A stretch of 64,000 nt of DNA from Nannocystales bacterium (GCA_050633305.1 JBOEGF010000022.1:96001-160000), one strand, 5' to 3'. Shown: positions 8,842-18,389, counted from the stretch's first letter. The notes: a model not told the origin generated them from the sequence alone. Numbers and translations: made by a program.

Positions 8842-10961
8842 GGGCTCACCCCCAACATCGCCGACAACAGGGCCGCCTCGGTGAGCTCGGCGAGGTCGCC
8901 GTCGGTCGTGACGGGTCGATCCGCACGCCGGGCGAAGCGGTGGTTGTCGATGCGTTTGGCTTCGAGCTCGAGGTGCCGATGGGGGTCGAGACTCACCGAA
9001 CGGATCCGACGCCCCGGAAACGTGAGCGTGTCGGTCGTGCGCACGCCGTCCCACCAGGCCTCTTCGATGCTGCCATCCTCGAACGTCACGGCGTACTGGA
9101 CCGGGGTGATGAAGGGCCCCGAGCGTTCGAACACGACGAGACCCTCAGGTCCGCGCGCATCGGGCACGTTTGGGCTGCTTGCATCGTCGGCGCCGGGGTC
9201 CAGGGAGGTTCGGGCGGACGTCTCGGGCCGCGGGGTCTCGACCCATGTTCCGTCTTCACCGCGGTGCCAACCAGCATCGCCGAGCTGGGTCCGGTTCTCG
9301 ACCCAGCGGACCGAGAACGCGATCGAGCGAGGGGTGCGGAAGGCCTGTTGAAGCCAGTCGCGCACATCGAGGGTGACCGCCGGAGAGAGGGCGAGCAATC
9401 CGGGCGCGGCAGGGTCGTCCTCGAGCGCGGTGGTGAGGGTGTTGAAGAAATCCTCGGGGCTGGGGTGCCCGAACCGGAACGCGTCGGTGTACGTGCGAAG
9501 GGCGTCGTCAAAGCGCTGGTGGCCAACGAGATTGCGCAGCGATCGGAGCGCGGCGGCGGTCTTGCGATAAACCGTGCGGCCGTAGAGTGCCTCGGATTCT
9601 GCAAACTGGTCCGCGCGCTGATCGATGACGGCGATGTTGTCCAGCCGAGCCATATCCAGCCGCAGCAAGTCGCCGGAGTCGAGGGGGTGGCCCAAGACCT
9701 TCACCGCCCAGTTGCCCTCGCGGGAATCGTCGAGCACGAGCGTGTTGGAGAAGGTGTTGAGACCTTCGTCGAGCCACGGCGCTTCGGACTCGTTGGACGC
9801 GAGCAGACCCTGAAAGAACTGGTGACCGAATTCATGCACGGTGGTGAAGCGGCCATCGAGGCGCATCTCCACCATGGAGCCGAGCGGGGCCGGGATCTCC
9901 AGGAGTGGGCCGCTGGTGAAGAAGGTGGGGTACTCCATTCCGCCAGCCCCTCCCGCCTGGGCGGGTGGGTGGACGATGGTGATGCTCGACCACGGGTATG
10001 GGCCGAAGCGTCGCTGCATCGAGTCGAGAGCCTGGACCTGGGCATCGAGGTGGACCTGGGCGTCTTGCCAGGTCTGCGGGGTGTGCAGCTGCCGGATCCG
10101 GATCCCCTCGTGCGTCGCGATGTGCTCGACGTAGTTGGGCGAGGCCGTCCAGGCGAAGTCGTGCACCATCTGGGCCTCGTAGGTGTGGCGAACCCTTCCG
10201 CTGTCGTCATCCTCCTCTCGGGTTCGGATGCCGGTTGCGCCCACGACCCAGCCCTTGGGGACGTCGAGAATCACGCGGTAGTCGCCGAAGTCGGCGAAGA
10301 ACTCGGAGTGGAAGGTGAAGACGTGGTTGTTCCAGGTGCCGTCGTCTTGAAGGACGCCAAGCTTGGGGAACCACTGTCCGGCCAGCACGAACTGGGTGTG
10401 CTCGTCGGCCTGGTACCCGGTCCGTGCAAACACCTCTGGGAGGTCGGTCGTGAACCCGATGTCGACCTCGACCTCCGCGCCGGGTGCGAGCGGCCGGGCG
10501 AGGGGGATCGTGGCCACGGTAGGGTCGGAGCCTGGAACGAGGGAGAGGGCTTGGTCGTCGCGCGTATCTCGGATGGAGGAGATCGTCACCCGGCCCCACG
10601 GAGCCGTCGAGCCCTGACCGCTGGTGCGATGGGAACCGCGGCCCTCGCTCATCCACGCCGTGTCTTCCGCCGAAAAAGCGTTCATATAGAGGTGGACGGC
10701 CAGGTGATCGACGGCGACCCGGCTGCGGTTGCGGAACGTGATCCGCTCCAATCCCTTGATCCGGAAGCTCTCCTCGTCGAGCTTGGCGTCGATGGCGTAG
10801 TTGGCGATCTGGGCGTCGTCTGGCATCGAGCCGCGTTGCTCGGCCGGTCGTAGAGGCTCGGTGGGCTCATCGATCTGAAGGCCCACGCTGCGTGGCCTTG
10901 CACCGCTGTCGCACGCGGACAGCGCGAGTGCGGCAACGCAGGGCAGGAGAAACACGCGCAT
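8838..10961 (-). CDS. M1 family zinc aminopeptidase, lipoprotein
   Basis: GGMEYP, HEFGHQFF, WLDEG; lipobox ALSAC after ATG 10961. Confidence 0.92.
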   Translation of the reverse strand: MRVFLLPCVAALALSACDSGARPRSVGLQIDEPTEPLRPAEQRGSMPDDAQIANYAIDAKLDEESFRIKGLERITFRNRSRVAVDHLAVHLYMNAFSAEDTAWMSEGRGSHRTSGQGSTAPWGRVTISSIRDTRDDQALSLVPGSDPTVATIPLARPLAPGAEVEVDIGFTTDLPEVFARTGYQADEHTQFVLAGQWFPKLGVLQDDGTWNNHVFTFHSEFFADFGDYRVILDVPKGWVVGATGIRTREEDDDSGRVRHTYEAQMVHDFAWTASPNYVEHIATHEGIRIRQLHTPQTWQDAQVHLDAQVQALDSMQRRFGPYPWSSITIVHPPAQAGGAGGMEYPTFFTSGPLLEIPAPLGSMVEMRLDGRFTTVHEFGHQFFQGLLASNESEAPWLDEGLNTFSNTLVLDDSREGNWAVKVLGHPLDSGDLLRLDMARLDNIAVIDQRADQFAESEALYGRTVYRKTAAALRSLRNLVGHQRFDDALRTYTDAFRFGHPSPEDFFNTLTTALEDDPAAPGLLALSPAVTLDVRDWLQQAFRTPRSIAFSVRWVENRTQLGDAGWHRGEDGTWVETPRPETSARTSLDPGADDASSPNVPDARGPEGLVVFERSGPFITPVQYAVTFEDGSIEEAWWDGVRTTDTLTFPGRRIRSVSLDPHRHLELEAKRIDNHRFARRADRPVTTDGDLAELTEAALLSAMLGVSP

Positions 10962-11009
10962 CGAGGCATCGGTACCACAGCCGTTGCGCGGCGGTACACT
11001 GCCCGAGAA

Positions 11010-11540
11010 GTGCAGCTGCACGGTTTGAACCAGAGCGAACTCGAAGGGTTGGGCGAGCGTCTGGGAACGCTGGTCACGCCGGGGGTGGTGTTGCTTCTCG
11101 AAGGGCCGATGGGGGCGGGCAAGACCACCTTCACGCGGGCGCTCGGACGCGGCATGAAGCTCGATCGCCCCGACCGCGTTTGCAGCCCCACCTTCAACAT
11201 CTGTCTCACCCATGCCGGCCCAGTCCCGCTGCTGCACATGGACCTGTTTCGGCTTGCCCCCGATGATGGCGATGGGCCCGCGCCAGCGTCGTTTGAGGCG
11301 CTTGGCTTGGAGGCGCTGCTGGACCGGCTCGCCGACGAAGACCCGGACGCCGAAGCGGACGACGGTGTGTTGGCGATCGAATGGTCGAACCTGTGGCGGC
11401 AGTCCGACCTGGATGCCCTCACGCTCCGTTTGTCCCGCCCGAACCCTGAGTCTCGCGACCTCGAGGCCGTTGCGGGCGGTCCGCGGCACGCAGCGCTCCT
11501 GAGCCGCTGGGCTGCTGCTGGGCCGCTCCAGGGCGGGTAA
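11010..11540 (+). CDS. tsaE: t6A37 biosynthesis ATPase TsaE (YjeE)
   Basis: GPMGAGKTTF Walker A, VCSPTF, HMDLFRL, AIEW. Confidence 0.93.
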   Translation: MQLHGLNQSELEGLGERLGTLVTPGVVLLLEGPMGAGKTTFTRALGRGMKLDRPDRVCSPTFNICLTHAGPVPLLHMDLFRLAPDDGDGPAPASFEALGLEALLDRLADEDPDAEADDGVLAIEWSNLWRQSDLDALTLRLSRPNPESRDLEAVAGGPRHAALLSRWAAAGPLQGG

Positions 11541-11820
11541 ACGAGGCGTTTCGCCCCGCGGGCGTGAGTCGGATGACAAGATCGGCGCCTTGTGAGGCGA
11601 TCCGGGGCCCTCAAAACGCCCGCCGAGGGCGAAAATTCGGTTCCTAGGCGGATTTCGGGCTTTCCACGGCGCGAAAATCGGGTTTATGGTGCGTCGGCGG
11701 GCGCGGATGCCGACGTCTGGAAATGGCCACCAATGGCCGTCTACAGCCGTTCTTCATGCTCTGGCCCACACGTTCAACCCTTTTGCCTCAACGCAAACTC
11801 GAAAACGCTAAGGAACAATC

Positions 11821-12015
11821 ATGGCCCGTTCGTCCAAGCCCAAGGAAATTGTCGTCGTCGGTTCGAAAATCAAGGAAGTCGTCAAGGAAGCCGGCCTCCG
11901 CAGCGACGGAGAGCTCGTCCAGGCTGTCTCCGACAAAGTGCACGAGTTGCTCGGCGCCGCGATCAAGCGCTGCCAAGACAACAACCGCAGCACGGTTCGC
12001 CCGTACGACCTCTAA
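11821..12015 (+). CDS. Bacterial histone-fold protein (singlet, 64 aa)
   Basis: VVVGSKIKEVVK helix 1, long helix 2, C-terminal RSTVRPYDL (RxTVxxxD clamp); RBS AAGGA upstream. Confidence 0.88.
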   Translation: MARSSKPKEIVVVGSKIKEVVKEAGLRSDGELVQAVSDKVHELLGAAIKRCQDNNRSTVRPYDL

Positions 12016-12020
12016 TCTTA

Positions 12021-12045
12021 GAGGGACCCTTCACGAGGGTCCCTC
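12021..12045 (+). terminator. Perfect 10-bp hairpin right after the histone stop
   Basis: GAGGGACCCT-TCACG-AGGGTCCCTC; no U-tract. Confidence 0.55.
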
Positions 12046-12050
12046 GCTGC

Positions 12051-12204
12051 GGAGGCGAAGCCTCCTCCGCTTCACCCGTAGCGAATCCGTGGATTCGCGA
12101 AGGTGCCGAGCGAATCCACCGGATTTGCGGAGCACCCCCCAATGGTCGCCCTGCTGGGCTCCTGTTCGCTTCGCTCACGGCGCGCGGCAGGGTTTCCGGA
12201 AACC
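12051..12204. repeat. Cluster of inverted repeats (REP-like or structured RNA)
   Basis: GGAGGC-GAA-GCCTCC; GCGAATCC-GT-GGATTCGC; GCGAATCC-ACC-GGATTTGC; GGTTTCCGGAAACC. Confidence 0.5.
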
Positions 12205-12431
12205 TGGAGCGGCCTGGGCATGACGAGCGTGTTCCGTAGGGAGCGCGCTCGTCTGCGTTTGGGGGGTTGGGGCCGATTCAGCGCTTTCCGAGGTGGGCTT
12301 CGATTCGCTTGGAGCGCGACGCGAGCGGGATTGGGGCAGAAGCGGCGAGTGCTCCGATCCCGAGGGTGCTACTCGCCGGCCGGTTTTTGGGCGTAGCGTG
12401 TTTGGGCTGCGTTTGATAACCCCAGTGGGCG

Positions 12432-13442
12432 TTGAGCGGCTATCCCATCGATCGTGCCAGCTATCGGACTCTCGATCCCGATTGGGAGGGGCAGGTCGTC
12501 ATCGCGGACATCGATCGAACCTACCTCGCCACGCGATTCTCGAGCATGAAGGGAATGCTTCGCATTCCCTTCGAGCGTGCCGCGCAGAAGCGTGACATCG
12601 AGGGGATGGCGCGACTGCTCCGGGAGCTCCGACGGGGCCCAGGGCGCATGACACGGGACACGCCCCTGTTTTTCCTGTCAGCCAGCCCCAAACAGCTGCG
12701 GCCGGTCATCGAGCGCAAGATGGGGCTCGATGGGATCAGCTTCGACGGGACGACATTCAAGGACTGGGGCCGGGTCCTGCGCGCCGGCTGGCCCAAGCGG
12801 ATCACCGAGCAGATCGGGTTCAAGCTCACCGCGCTCCTGACCTCCCGGTCGCACATGCCACTGGGCGCCCACGAGCTGCTGCTGGGCGATGACCTGGAGA
12901 CGGACCCAATCACCTACGGTCTGTATGCCGACGTCCTTGCGGGCCGGATTCCGACCTCAGACCTGGCCCGCGTACTGCGGCACAACGGGGTGGGGCATGC
13001 CGACGCTGCGCACATCGAGCGCCTGCGCCGGGACCTGGAGCCCGGCCGAGGGGTTCGCAAGGCCTGCATTCGGCTGGAACGGCACCAAGACTCGGACGAC
13101 TTCTTGGAGTTTGGCCCGGGTGTGATCGGCTGCCGCGGTGCGTTCCAGATGGTGGTCGTGCATTGGCGCATGGGCCTGGTGTCGCTCTCGGGTGTGGGGC
13201 GTGTGGCGGCCGCGTTGGCGTCCCGAGGGGTTTCGCCCGATTCGCTGGGCCGGCGGATGCACGACCTGCGCCGCCGCGCGATGATCGACGCCGACGAGGT
13301 TCCTCAGGTACTGCAGACGGTTCGCGAACACGGCGTCGAGATGGAAGACCAGTCCTTGCCCGACCCAGACGCTCGGTGGGTCGAGGTTTGGCAGCGGTCC
13401 GAGGATCGGGTGTGGACACCCGAGGCCTACGTCGGCAGCTAG
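12432..13442 (+). CDS. HAD-like phosphatase, App1/phosphatidate phosphatase-like
   Basis: IADIDRT (DxDxT), FFLSASP, LLLGDDLETDP; TTG start. Confidence 0.7.
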   Translation: MSGYPIDRASYRTLDPDWEGQVVIADIDRTYLATRFSSMKGMLRIPFERAAQKRDIEGMARLLRELRRGPGRMTRDTPLFFLSASPKQLRPVIERKMGLDGISFDGTTFKDWGRVLRAGWPKRITEQIGFKLTALLTSRSHMPLGAHELLLGDDLETDPITYGLYADVLAGRIPTSDLARVLRHNGVGHADAAHIERLRRDLEPGRGVRKACIRLERHQDSDDFLEFGPGVIGCRGAFQMVVVHWRMGLVSLSGVGRVAAALASRGVSPDSLGRRMHDLRRRAMIDADEVPQVLQTVREHGVEMEDQSLPDPDARWVEVWQRSEDRVWTPEAYVGS

Positions 13443-13637
13443 AGCGGCGGCGTTCTTCGTCGGTCGAGGACGGTCAGCAGACTTCGCCTTCGCGCCTAGG
13501 CCAGCGGGGCACCGTGTGTCCGTTCGTCGGAGGGCACGTGGAGCCTGCCCGTGAACTCGCGGCGAGGCGGCTGCGTGGCGACGGAGGATCGGCGGAGGAT
13601 CGGAGAAATGGTGTGAAGCTGGTTGCGGCTACTCGAT

Positions 13638-13655
13638 CTATCTACTACTAGATAG
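13638..13655. promoter_or_regulatory. Palindromic operator, probably bound by the downstream TetR
   Basis: CTATCTA-CTAC-TAGATAG, 5 nt before the GST start; TTGCGG -35-like at 13623. Confidence 0.7.
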
Positions 13656-13660
13656 GTGTC

Positions 13661-14281
13661 GTGAAGTTCTACGAAACCCAAGGATTCCCCAACCCTATCC
13701 GTGTTCGTGTTGCCCTGGCGGAGAAGGGGCTGCTGGACCAAGTGACGGTGGTGCCCGTGGACGTGATGGCCGGGGAGCACCGCCAAGAGCCGTTCTTGGC
13801 CAAGAATCCCTCCGGAGCGGTTCCGGCGCTGGAGCTCGACGACGGCACCGTGTTGGCCGAGTGCACGGCGATCACGGAGTATCTCGACCACGCGGTCGGG
13901 GAGCCGACGCTGACGGGAACCGACGCCCGCGAGCGCGGAGTGATCGCAATGGCACAGCGCCGGGCAGAGGCAGGGTTTCTCGACGCGGTCGCGGCCTACT
14001 TTCACCACGCGACGCCGGGCCTGGGACCGGAGCTCGAGACGTACCAGAACCCACAGTGGGGCGAGCACCAGAAAACCCGCGCACTCGACACGATGGCGGC
14101 GATCGACGGTTGGCTGGCCAACCACGAGTTTGTGGCGGGTGACCGGTTCACGGTCGCGGACATCACGACGCACGCAGGCATCGTGTTCGGTGGGTTTGCG
14201 AAACTCGACGTGCCCGCGTCATGCTCCAATCTCCGGCGCTGGCACGAGACGGTCCAAGCCCGCCCGAGTCTGTCGGCCTAG
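13661..14281 (+). CDS. Glutathione S-transferase
   Basis: PNPIRVRVALAEKG, KNPSGAVPALELDDG, GDRFTVADIT. Confidence 0.93.
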   Translation: MKFYETQGFPNPIRVRVALAEKGLLDQVTVVPVDVMAGEHRQEPFLAKNPSGAVPALELDDGTVLAECTAITEYLDHAVGEPTLTGTDARERGVIAMAQRRAEAGFLDAVAAYFHHATPGLGPELETYQNPQWGEHQKTRALDTMAAIDGWLANHEFVAGDRFTVADITTHAGIVFGGFAKLDVPASCSNLRRWHETVQARPSLSA

Positions 14282-14292
14282 TTGGTTGCGCC

Positions 14293-14988
14293 ATGGAACA
14301 CAACGCAGACTTCGCGCAGCGCGTCTGGTCCCACGATCGCGACACGACGTGGCTTCCATCCCCGATGCCGGGCGTCACCCGCCGCGTCCTCGACCGCATC
14401 GGATCCGAGGTCGCACGCGCCACATCGGTGGTGCGCTACGCCCCGGGCAGCAGCTTCTCCAGACATACACACACCGGAGGCGAGGAGTTTTTGGTGTTGG
14501 ATGGCGTGTTCTCGGATGAACATGGCGACTTCGGGCCTGGGTCCTACCTGCGCAACCCGCCGGGCTCGAGCCATCAGCCGGGGTCCGAGCCGGGCTGCAC
14601 GATCCTGGTGAAGCTGTGGCAGTTCGATCTGGACGACCGGACGCCCGTTCGACGGATCGCGACGGACGCCTTCGTCGGCGGCCTCGAGGCGGGGGTCAGC
14701 GTGCAAGCGCTGCACGAAGACGAGACCGAGCGCGTTCGTCTGGAGCGGTGGCACGCGGGCGCGTGTATCGACCGGGAGGCCCCCGCAGGGTTGGAGTTGT
14801 TCGTCCTCCAGGGTGGCTTCGAGGTCGATACTGAGCGCTTCGAGGCTCGGAGTTGGCTGCGGATCCCCCCTGCAGAGCGCTTCCGCGCGACTGTGGGGAA
14901 GGGCGGGGCGACCCTCTGGCTCAAGGCGGGGCATTTGAGAGATGCTCGGGCTCGGTTCGAGGACGCATTCGTGCGCGCCCAACTGTGA
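14293..14988 (+). CDS. ChrR-like double cupin protein
   Basis: GVTRRVLDRIGSEVARATSVVRY, HTHTGGEE, YLRNPPGSSH, VKLWQF. Confidence 0.9.
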   Translation: MEHNADFAQRVWSHDRDTTWLPSPMPGVTRRVLDRIGSEVARATSVVRYAPGSSFSRHTHTGGEEFLVLDGVFSDEHGDFGPGSYLRNPPGSSHQPGSEPGCTILVKLWQFDLDDRTPVRRIATDAFVGGLEAGVSVQALHEDETERVRLERWHAGACIDREAPAGLELFVLQGGFEVDTERFEARSWLRIPPAERFRATVGKGGATLWLKAGHLRDARARFEDAFVRAQL

Positions 14989-14991
14989 ATC

Positions 14992-15567
14992 ATGCCCGCG
15001 GATACGAAAGCCAAACTCCTCGAGAGCGCCGAACGGCTCGTCCGTGAACGGGGCTACAACGGATTTAGCTACGCCGATCTTGCCGCTGAGATCGGGATTC
15101 GTACCGCGAGCATCCACTACCACTTCCGGGCGAAGTCCGACCTCGCCCTGGCGCTGATCGAACGCTACACCGAGCGCATCGGTGCCGGGCTCGCGGAGCT
15201 CTCCGAGACGGGGCACACGGGAGCGGACCGGATCGCTGGTTATGTAGGTGTCTACCGGAACGCGCTGCGGCAGGGCAACTCGTTGTGCCTGTGTGTGTCG
15301 CTGAGCGCGGACGCGGAGAGTTTGGAGCCGGCCGCTTTGGCTGCCCTCGAAGCGTTTCACCGGGCGGGTGTGGCGTGGCTGACCAAAGCGTACGCACTGG
15401 CCGCCAAGGATGGGTCGATCGGCCACGTCAGCGACCCGGGGTCCGAGGCTTCCGCAACGCTGGCGGTCGTCGAGGGGGCGCAACTTGTTGGCCGTGCGTC
15501 GCGAAGCGTGGAGCCGTTCGACGATGCTGTCGCCCTGCTGCTGGGGCGGCTGCGCGACGTGGAATGA
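14992..15567 (+). CDS. TetR/AcrR family regulator
   Basis: GYNGFSYADLAAEIGIRTASIHYHF HTH; CLC motif in C-terminal domain. Confidence 0.93.
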   Translation: MPADTKAKLLESAERLVRERGYNGFSYADLAAEIGIRTASIHYHFRAKSDLALALIERYTERIGAGLAELSETGHTGADRIAGYVGVYRNALRQGNSLCLCVSLSADAESLEPAALAALEAFHRAGVAWLTKAYALAAKDGSIGHVSDPGSEASATLAVVEGAQLVGRASRSVEPFDDAVALLLGRLRDVE

Positions 15568-15601
15568 TGGGGCTCGAAGCGCCCGAGCTGAGCGGGTCCC
15601 C

Positions 15602-16186
15602 TCAGGACTTCATCATGCTGCGCGCCGCCGGAAGCACGAAGGTCGCGGTGCCCGTCTTGGCGTCCAGGTTGGCGACGAGGCAGCGACCATCGGCGATTCC
15701 ACAACGGTCGAAGAAGCCGTCGAAGGTCCCCGCGAAACACAGCGGGAGCGTCCCCGTGCGATCGTCGAGTTGCGGGTCGTAGGTATACTGGATACGCGCC
15801 TCACCGCTGCTGCTGATCGACGTGGAAAGCTCGCCCATCCCGTCCGACATCAGCTTCCAACCCCGCGGGGCGCCGCGGGCAAGCCCGGCTGGCGCCTGGT
15901 CGTAGAGGCGCAGGTACGCGTCCGTCAGCGGCCCGAGCAGCTTGCTACGGCTGACCTCGACGTACGCGCGCCGGAAGTGAGCCCGAAGTCCGTCATCACC
16001 CAGGACGTTGCGCAGAGCCTGCGTGAGCTCGACGTAGCCCTCGCCCTGCGCCCACGAGATCGGGAGCGATCGCTGAGGTCGAAGAATCGACTCGGCGCAG
16101 ACCTGGGCCTCGACCGCCGCACGTTGCTCCTGTGTCTGGAGCGACCCAAAGGCCATCTTCGAAAGCAGGCATCGAACCCGGGGCAC
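15602..16186 (-). CDS. Hypothetical protein
   Basis: ORF with GC3-biased codons; start 16186 or 16156. Confidence 0.5.
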   Translation of the reverse strand: MPRVRCLLSKMAFGSLQTQEQRAAVEAQVCAESILRPQRSLPISWAQGEGYVELTQALRNVLGDDGLRAHFRRAYVEVSRSKLLGPLTDAYLRLYDQAPAGLARGAPRGWKLMSDGMGELSTSISSSGEARIQYTYDPQLDDRTGTLPLCFAGTFDGFFDRCGIADGRCLVANLDAKTGTATFVLPAARSMMKS

Positions 16187-16666
16187 TCGAACTCCTCGTC
16201 GCGCCTCCGTTCAAGGTGACGTCGTCGGACGTTACCAGGAAGTGGAATTCAAACCCATAGGGGTTGCGGCTGTGGGTTGTGCGCGGGGGGTCGGGGAAGC
16301 CCCCTCGACGCGACCACGGTTGTTGACGGATGGCGCAGTTGCTCGCCGCTGCGACGGGTCACTGGGGGCGTGCGGTGCTCGGAGGCAATCTAGGCTCGAC
16401 ACAGCTGTCCACTGGGAGCGGGGACCAGGTTCACGGCGCTGTTCGTAAGCCTCGTCAACGATCCGGTTCCACGCGGCGAGGCGCTTGAGATGATCGGCGA
16501 GCTCTTTGCGAGCGAGGAAGGACTGCGAAGACCTAGCTGCTCAAGCTCCGGAAGGCTCAGCGCGAGGAGTGTTCGCGCCGCCTCCTCGACAAGCCGGGTT
16601 CTGAAGGCCCAAGGCGTCCGCCGAGCGAAGGAAGCCTGTTCCCCGTGCCCATCACGAGTGTCCTCG

Positions 16667-17428
16667 CTACGAGTAGTAACAGAGCCGAACGTTCGACCCG
16701 TCGGGCAGCTGCGCCATCGGGCTACAACTCATTCCGTCCGGACACCCCGCGGAACCGGATTCGGAGCACTCCAGGGCACAGGACCCTCCTGCTGTGCCCT
16801 TGACGTTGCTGAGAATGCACGCGGGGTCTGCTCCCGTCCCAGGGTCGTAGCACTCCGCCACGTCCCGGCACGGTTGGGAACAGAACCCGCTTCTGATGTC
16901 TCCCAGGAGCTCGAGGCAGGCCGAGTTGGGGCAATCGACGGCCTGGGTCTCGGAGGTACAGGGTTGGAACAATTCGCGGATGGGGATGGGTTCGCCGGTC
17001 GAGCTCGAGGAGTCTCCTCCGGTCGAACTCGAGGACGCGCCCCCCGTCGACGCGTGTCCACCCGTCGAGCCAGTCTGCGGTCCAGCGCCGGTCTCCGTGG
17101 ACGTGCCCGATGTGTCGCTCGAACCAACCTGCATGGTGCTGCTTGCGGTGCCACCGTCGGTCTCGACCACCCCGGTCGACCCGATGTCACTCTCGGGAAC
17201 GCAGTTGCCGGCAATCTGCGGGTTCCCCTGTTCACCGTAGCGTCGGCCGGTCGGACACTGCGAGTCGGGAAAACTGCATGCGCCCGACGGCTCGCAGCGA
17301 CCGCCAGCACTCTGCGAGCACTCGGCATCCTGCGTGCAGACGAAATAGTCTTTCCCGCACCCACCTGAGCCCAACGATCCCGCGAAACAGATGAGCGAGA
17401 ATGCTGTGCGCTGAATCGTTTTCCTCAT
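16667..17428 (-). CDS. Cys-rich lipoprotein, paralogue A
   Basis: Signal plus GSGGC lipobox; FVC..GRCEPSGACSFPD..CPTGRRYGE domain, Ser/Thr/Gly linker, second Cys domain. Confidence 0.8.
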   Translation of the reverse strand: MRKTIQRTAFSLICFAGSLGSGGCGKDYFVCTQDAECSQSAGGRCEPSGACSFPDSQCPTGRRYGEQGNPQIAGNCVPESDIGSTGVVETDGGTASSTMQVGSSDTSGTSTETGAGPQTGSTGGHASTGGASSSSTGGDSSSSTGEPIPIRELFQPCTSETQAVDCPNSACLELLGDIRSGFCSQPCRDVAECYDPGTGADPACILSNVKGTAGGSCALECSESGSAGCPDGMSCSPMAQLPDGSNVRLCYYS

Positions 17429-17444
17429 GGCGGTCGGTCTCCAG

Positions 17445-18167
17445 TCACGAGCCGGCAGGATGCACGCAGCGAGGTGGGGCGAGCGGGAGTTCCTCGAGCG
17501 CGCACACCATGCCTTCGGGACATCCCGCGGTCCCAGTCTCACTGCAGTCGAGCAAGCAAACGCTGAGATTCTGCCCGTCGACGAACTGCATGGCGCAGCG
17601 CGCCTCGGCGCCGGTTTCAGGGTCGGTGCAGGGCGCCCGCGGTTCCGGACACTCCTGCGTGCAGGCGTGTCCGACCGGATTCTGCCAGACGTCGACCGAT
17701 TCGAGGCAAATGCCCATGCAGTCACCCGACGCCTGACACGGCTCCCATAGATCCGGCAAGATCGGGTCGACGCCCGAGCTGCTGCCCAAGCCGGTCGAAG
17801 TGCTTCCGGTCGAGGAGGAGCCCGACGAAGCCCCGGAGGAGCCACCGGTGGGGCCCGACGTCGATGACGAGGCCGAAGCCCCGGTGCTACCGCCGCCGCT
17901 GCCCTCACCCACTGGCGACGTACTCGTCGAGCCGATGTCTCCGGATGGAACGCACTGCCCCGCCGCGGCGGGGTTGCCCAGCTCGCCATACCGCCGACCG
18001 GTTGGACACTCGTTGTCGGGAAAACTACAGGAGCCCGACGGCTCGCATCGACCGTTCTCGTCGCACTCAGAGTTCGTCGAGCAGACAAAGAACCCCGAGG
18101 ATGGACACGCGGTCAGCCCGACGACCCCGAGCAGCGCAACTGCCAAACCCCACTGCACCGGTTGCAT
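17445..18167 (-). CDS. Cys-rich lipoprotein, paralogue B
   Basis: Lipobox LTAC; same GRCEPSGSCSFPD..CPTGRRYGE domain and architecture. Confidence 0.8.
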   Translation of the reverse strand: MQPVQWGLAVALLGVVGLTACPSSGFFVCSTNSECDENGRCEPSGSCSFPDNECPTGRRYGELGNPAAAGQCVPSGDIGSTSTSPVGEGSGGGSTGASASSSTSGPTGGSSGASSGSSSTGSTSTGLGSSSGVDPILPDLWEPCQASGDCMGICLESVDVWQNPVGHACTQECPEPRAPCTDPETGAEARCAMQFVDGQNLSVCLLDCSETGTAGCPEGMVCALEELPLAPPRCVHPAGS

Positions 18168-18389
18168 ACTAATCGCCCCTCCACGGTTCGTCAGCTCGCA
18201 ACCGAATTGTCCATGGGGGATTGCTGTGGCCACAGTTAGGGGCACAAATCGCTTGTCGCTCGGGGGATGGGCTCGCTCCCAGAACCCGCGGCCAGTTCTT
18301 CTTCGAGTCGTCCGGCGGGCTCGTCAGGCGCGTGTTCCAGCAGCCCGAGAATGCGGCGGAGCTGCAGAACGTGCTTTCGGCCGGACAGG

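Noticed and set aside
10962..11579. N-terminal extension of the 913-aa peptidase ORF
   Set aside because: Antisense to tsaE; the lipoprotein signal begins at 10961
16390..16660. Possible minus-strand gene remnant (RLVEEAARTLL / KELADHLKRL)
   Set aside because: Too short and frameshifted; no recognisable family
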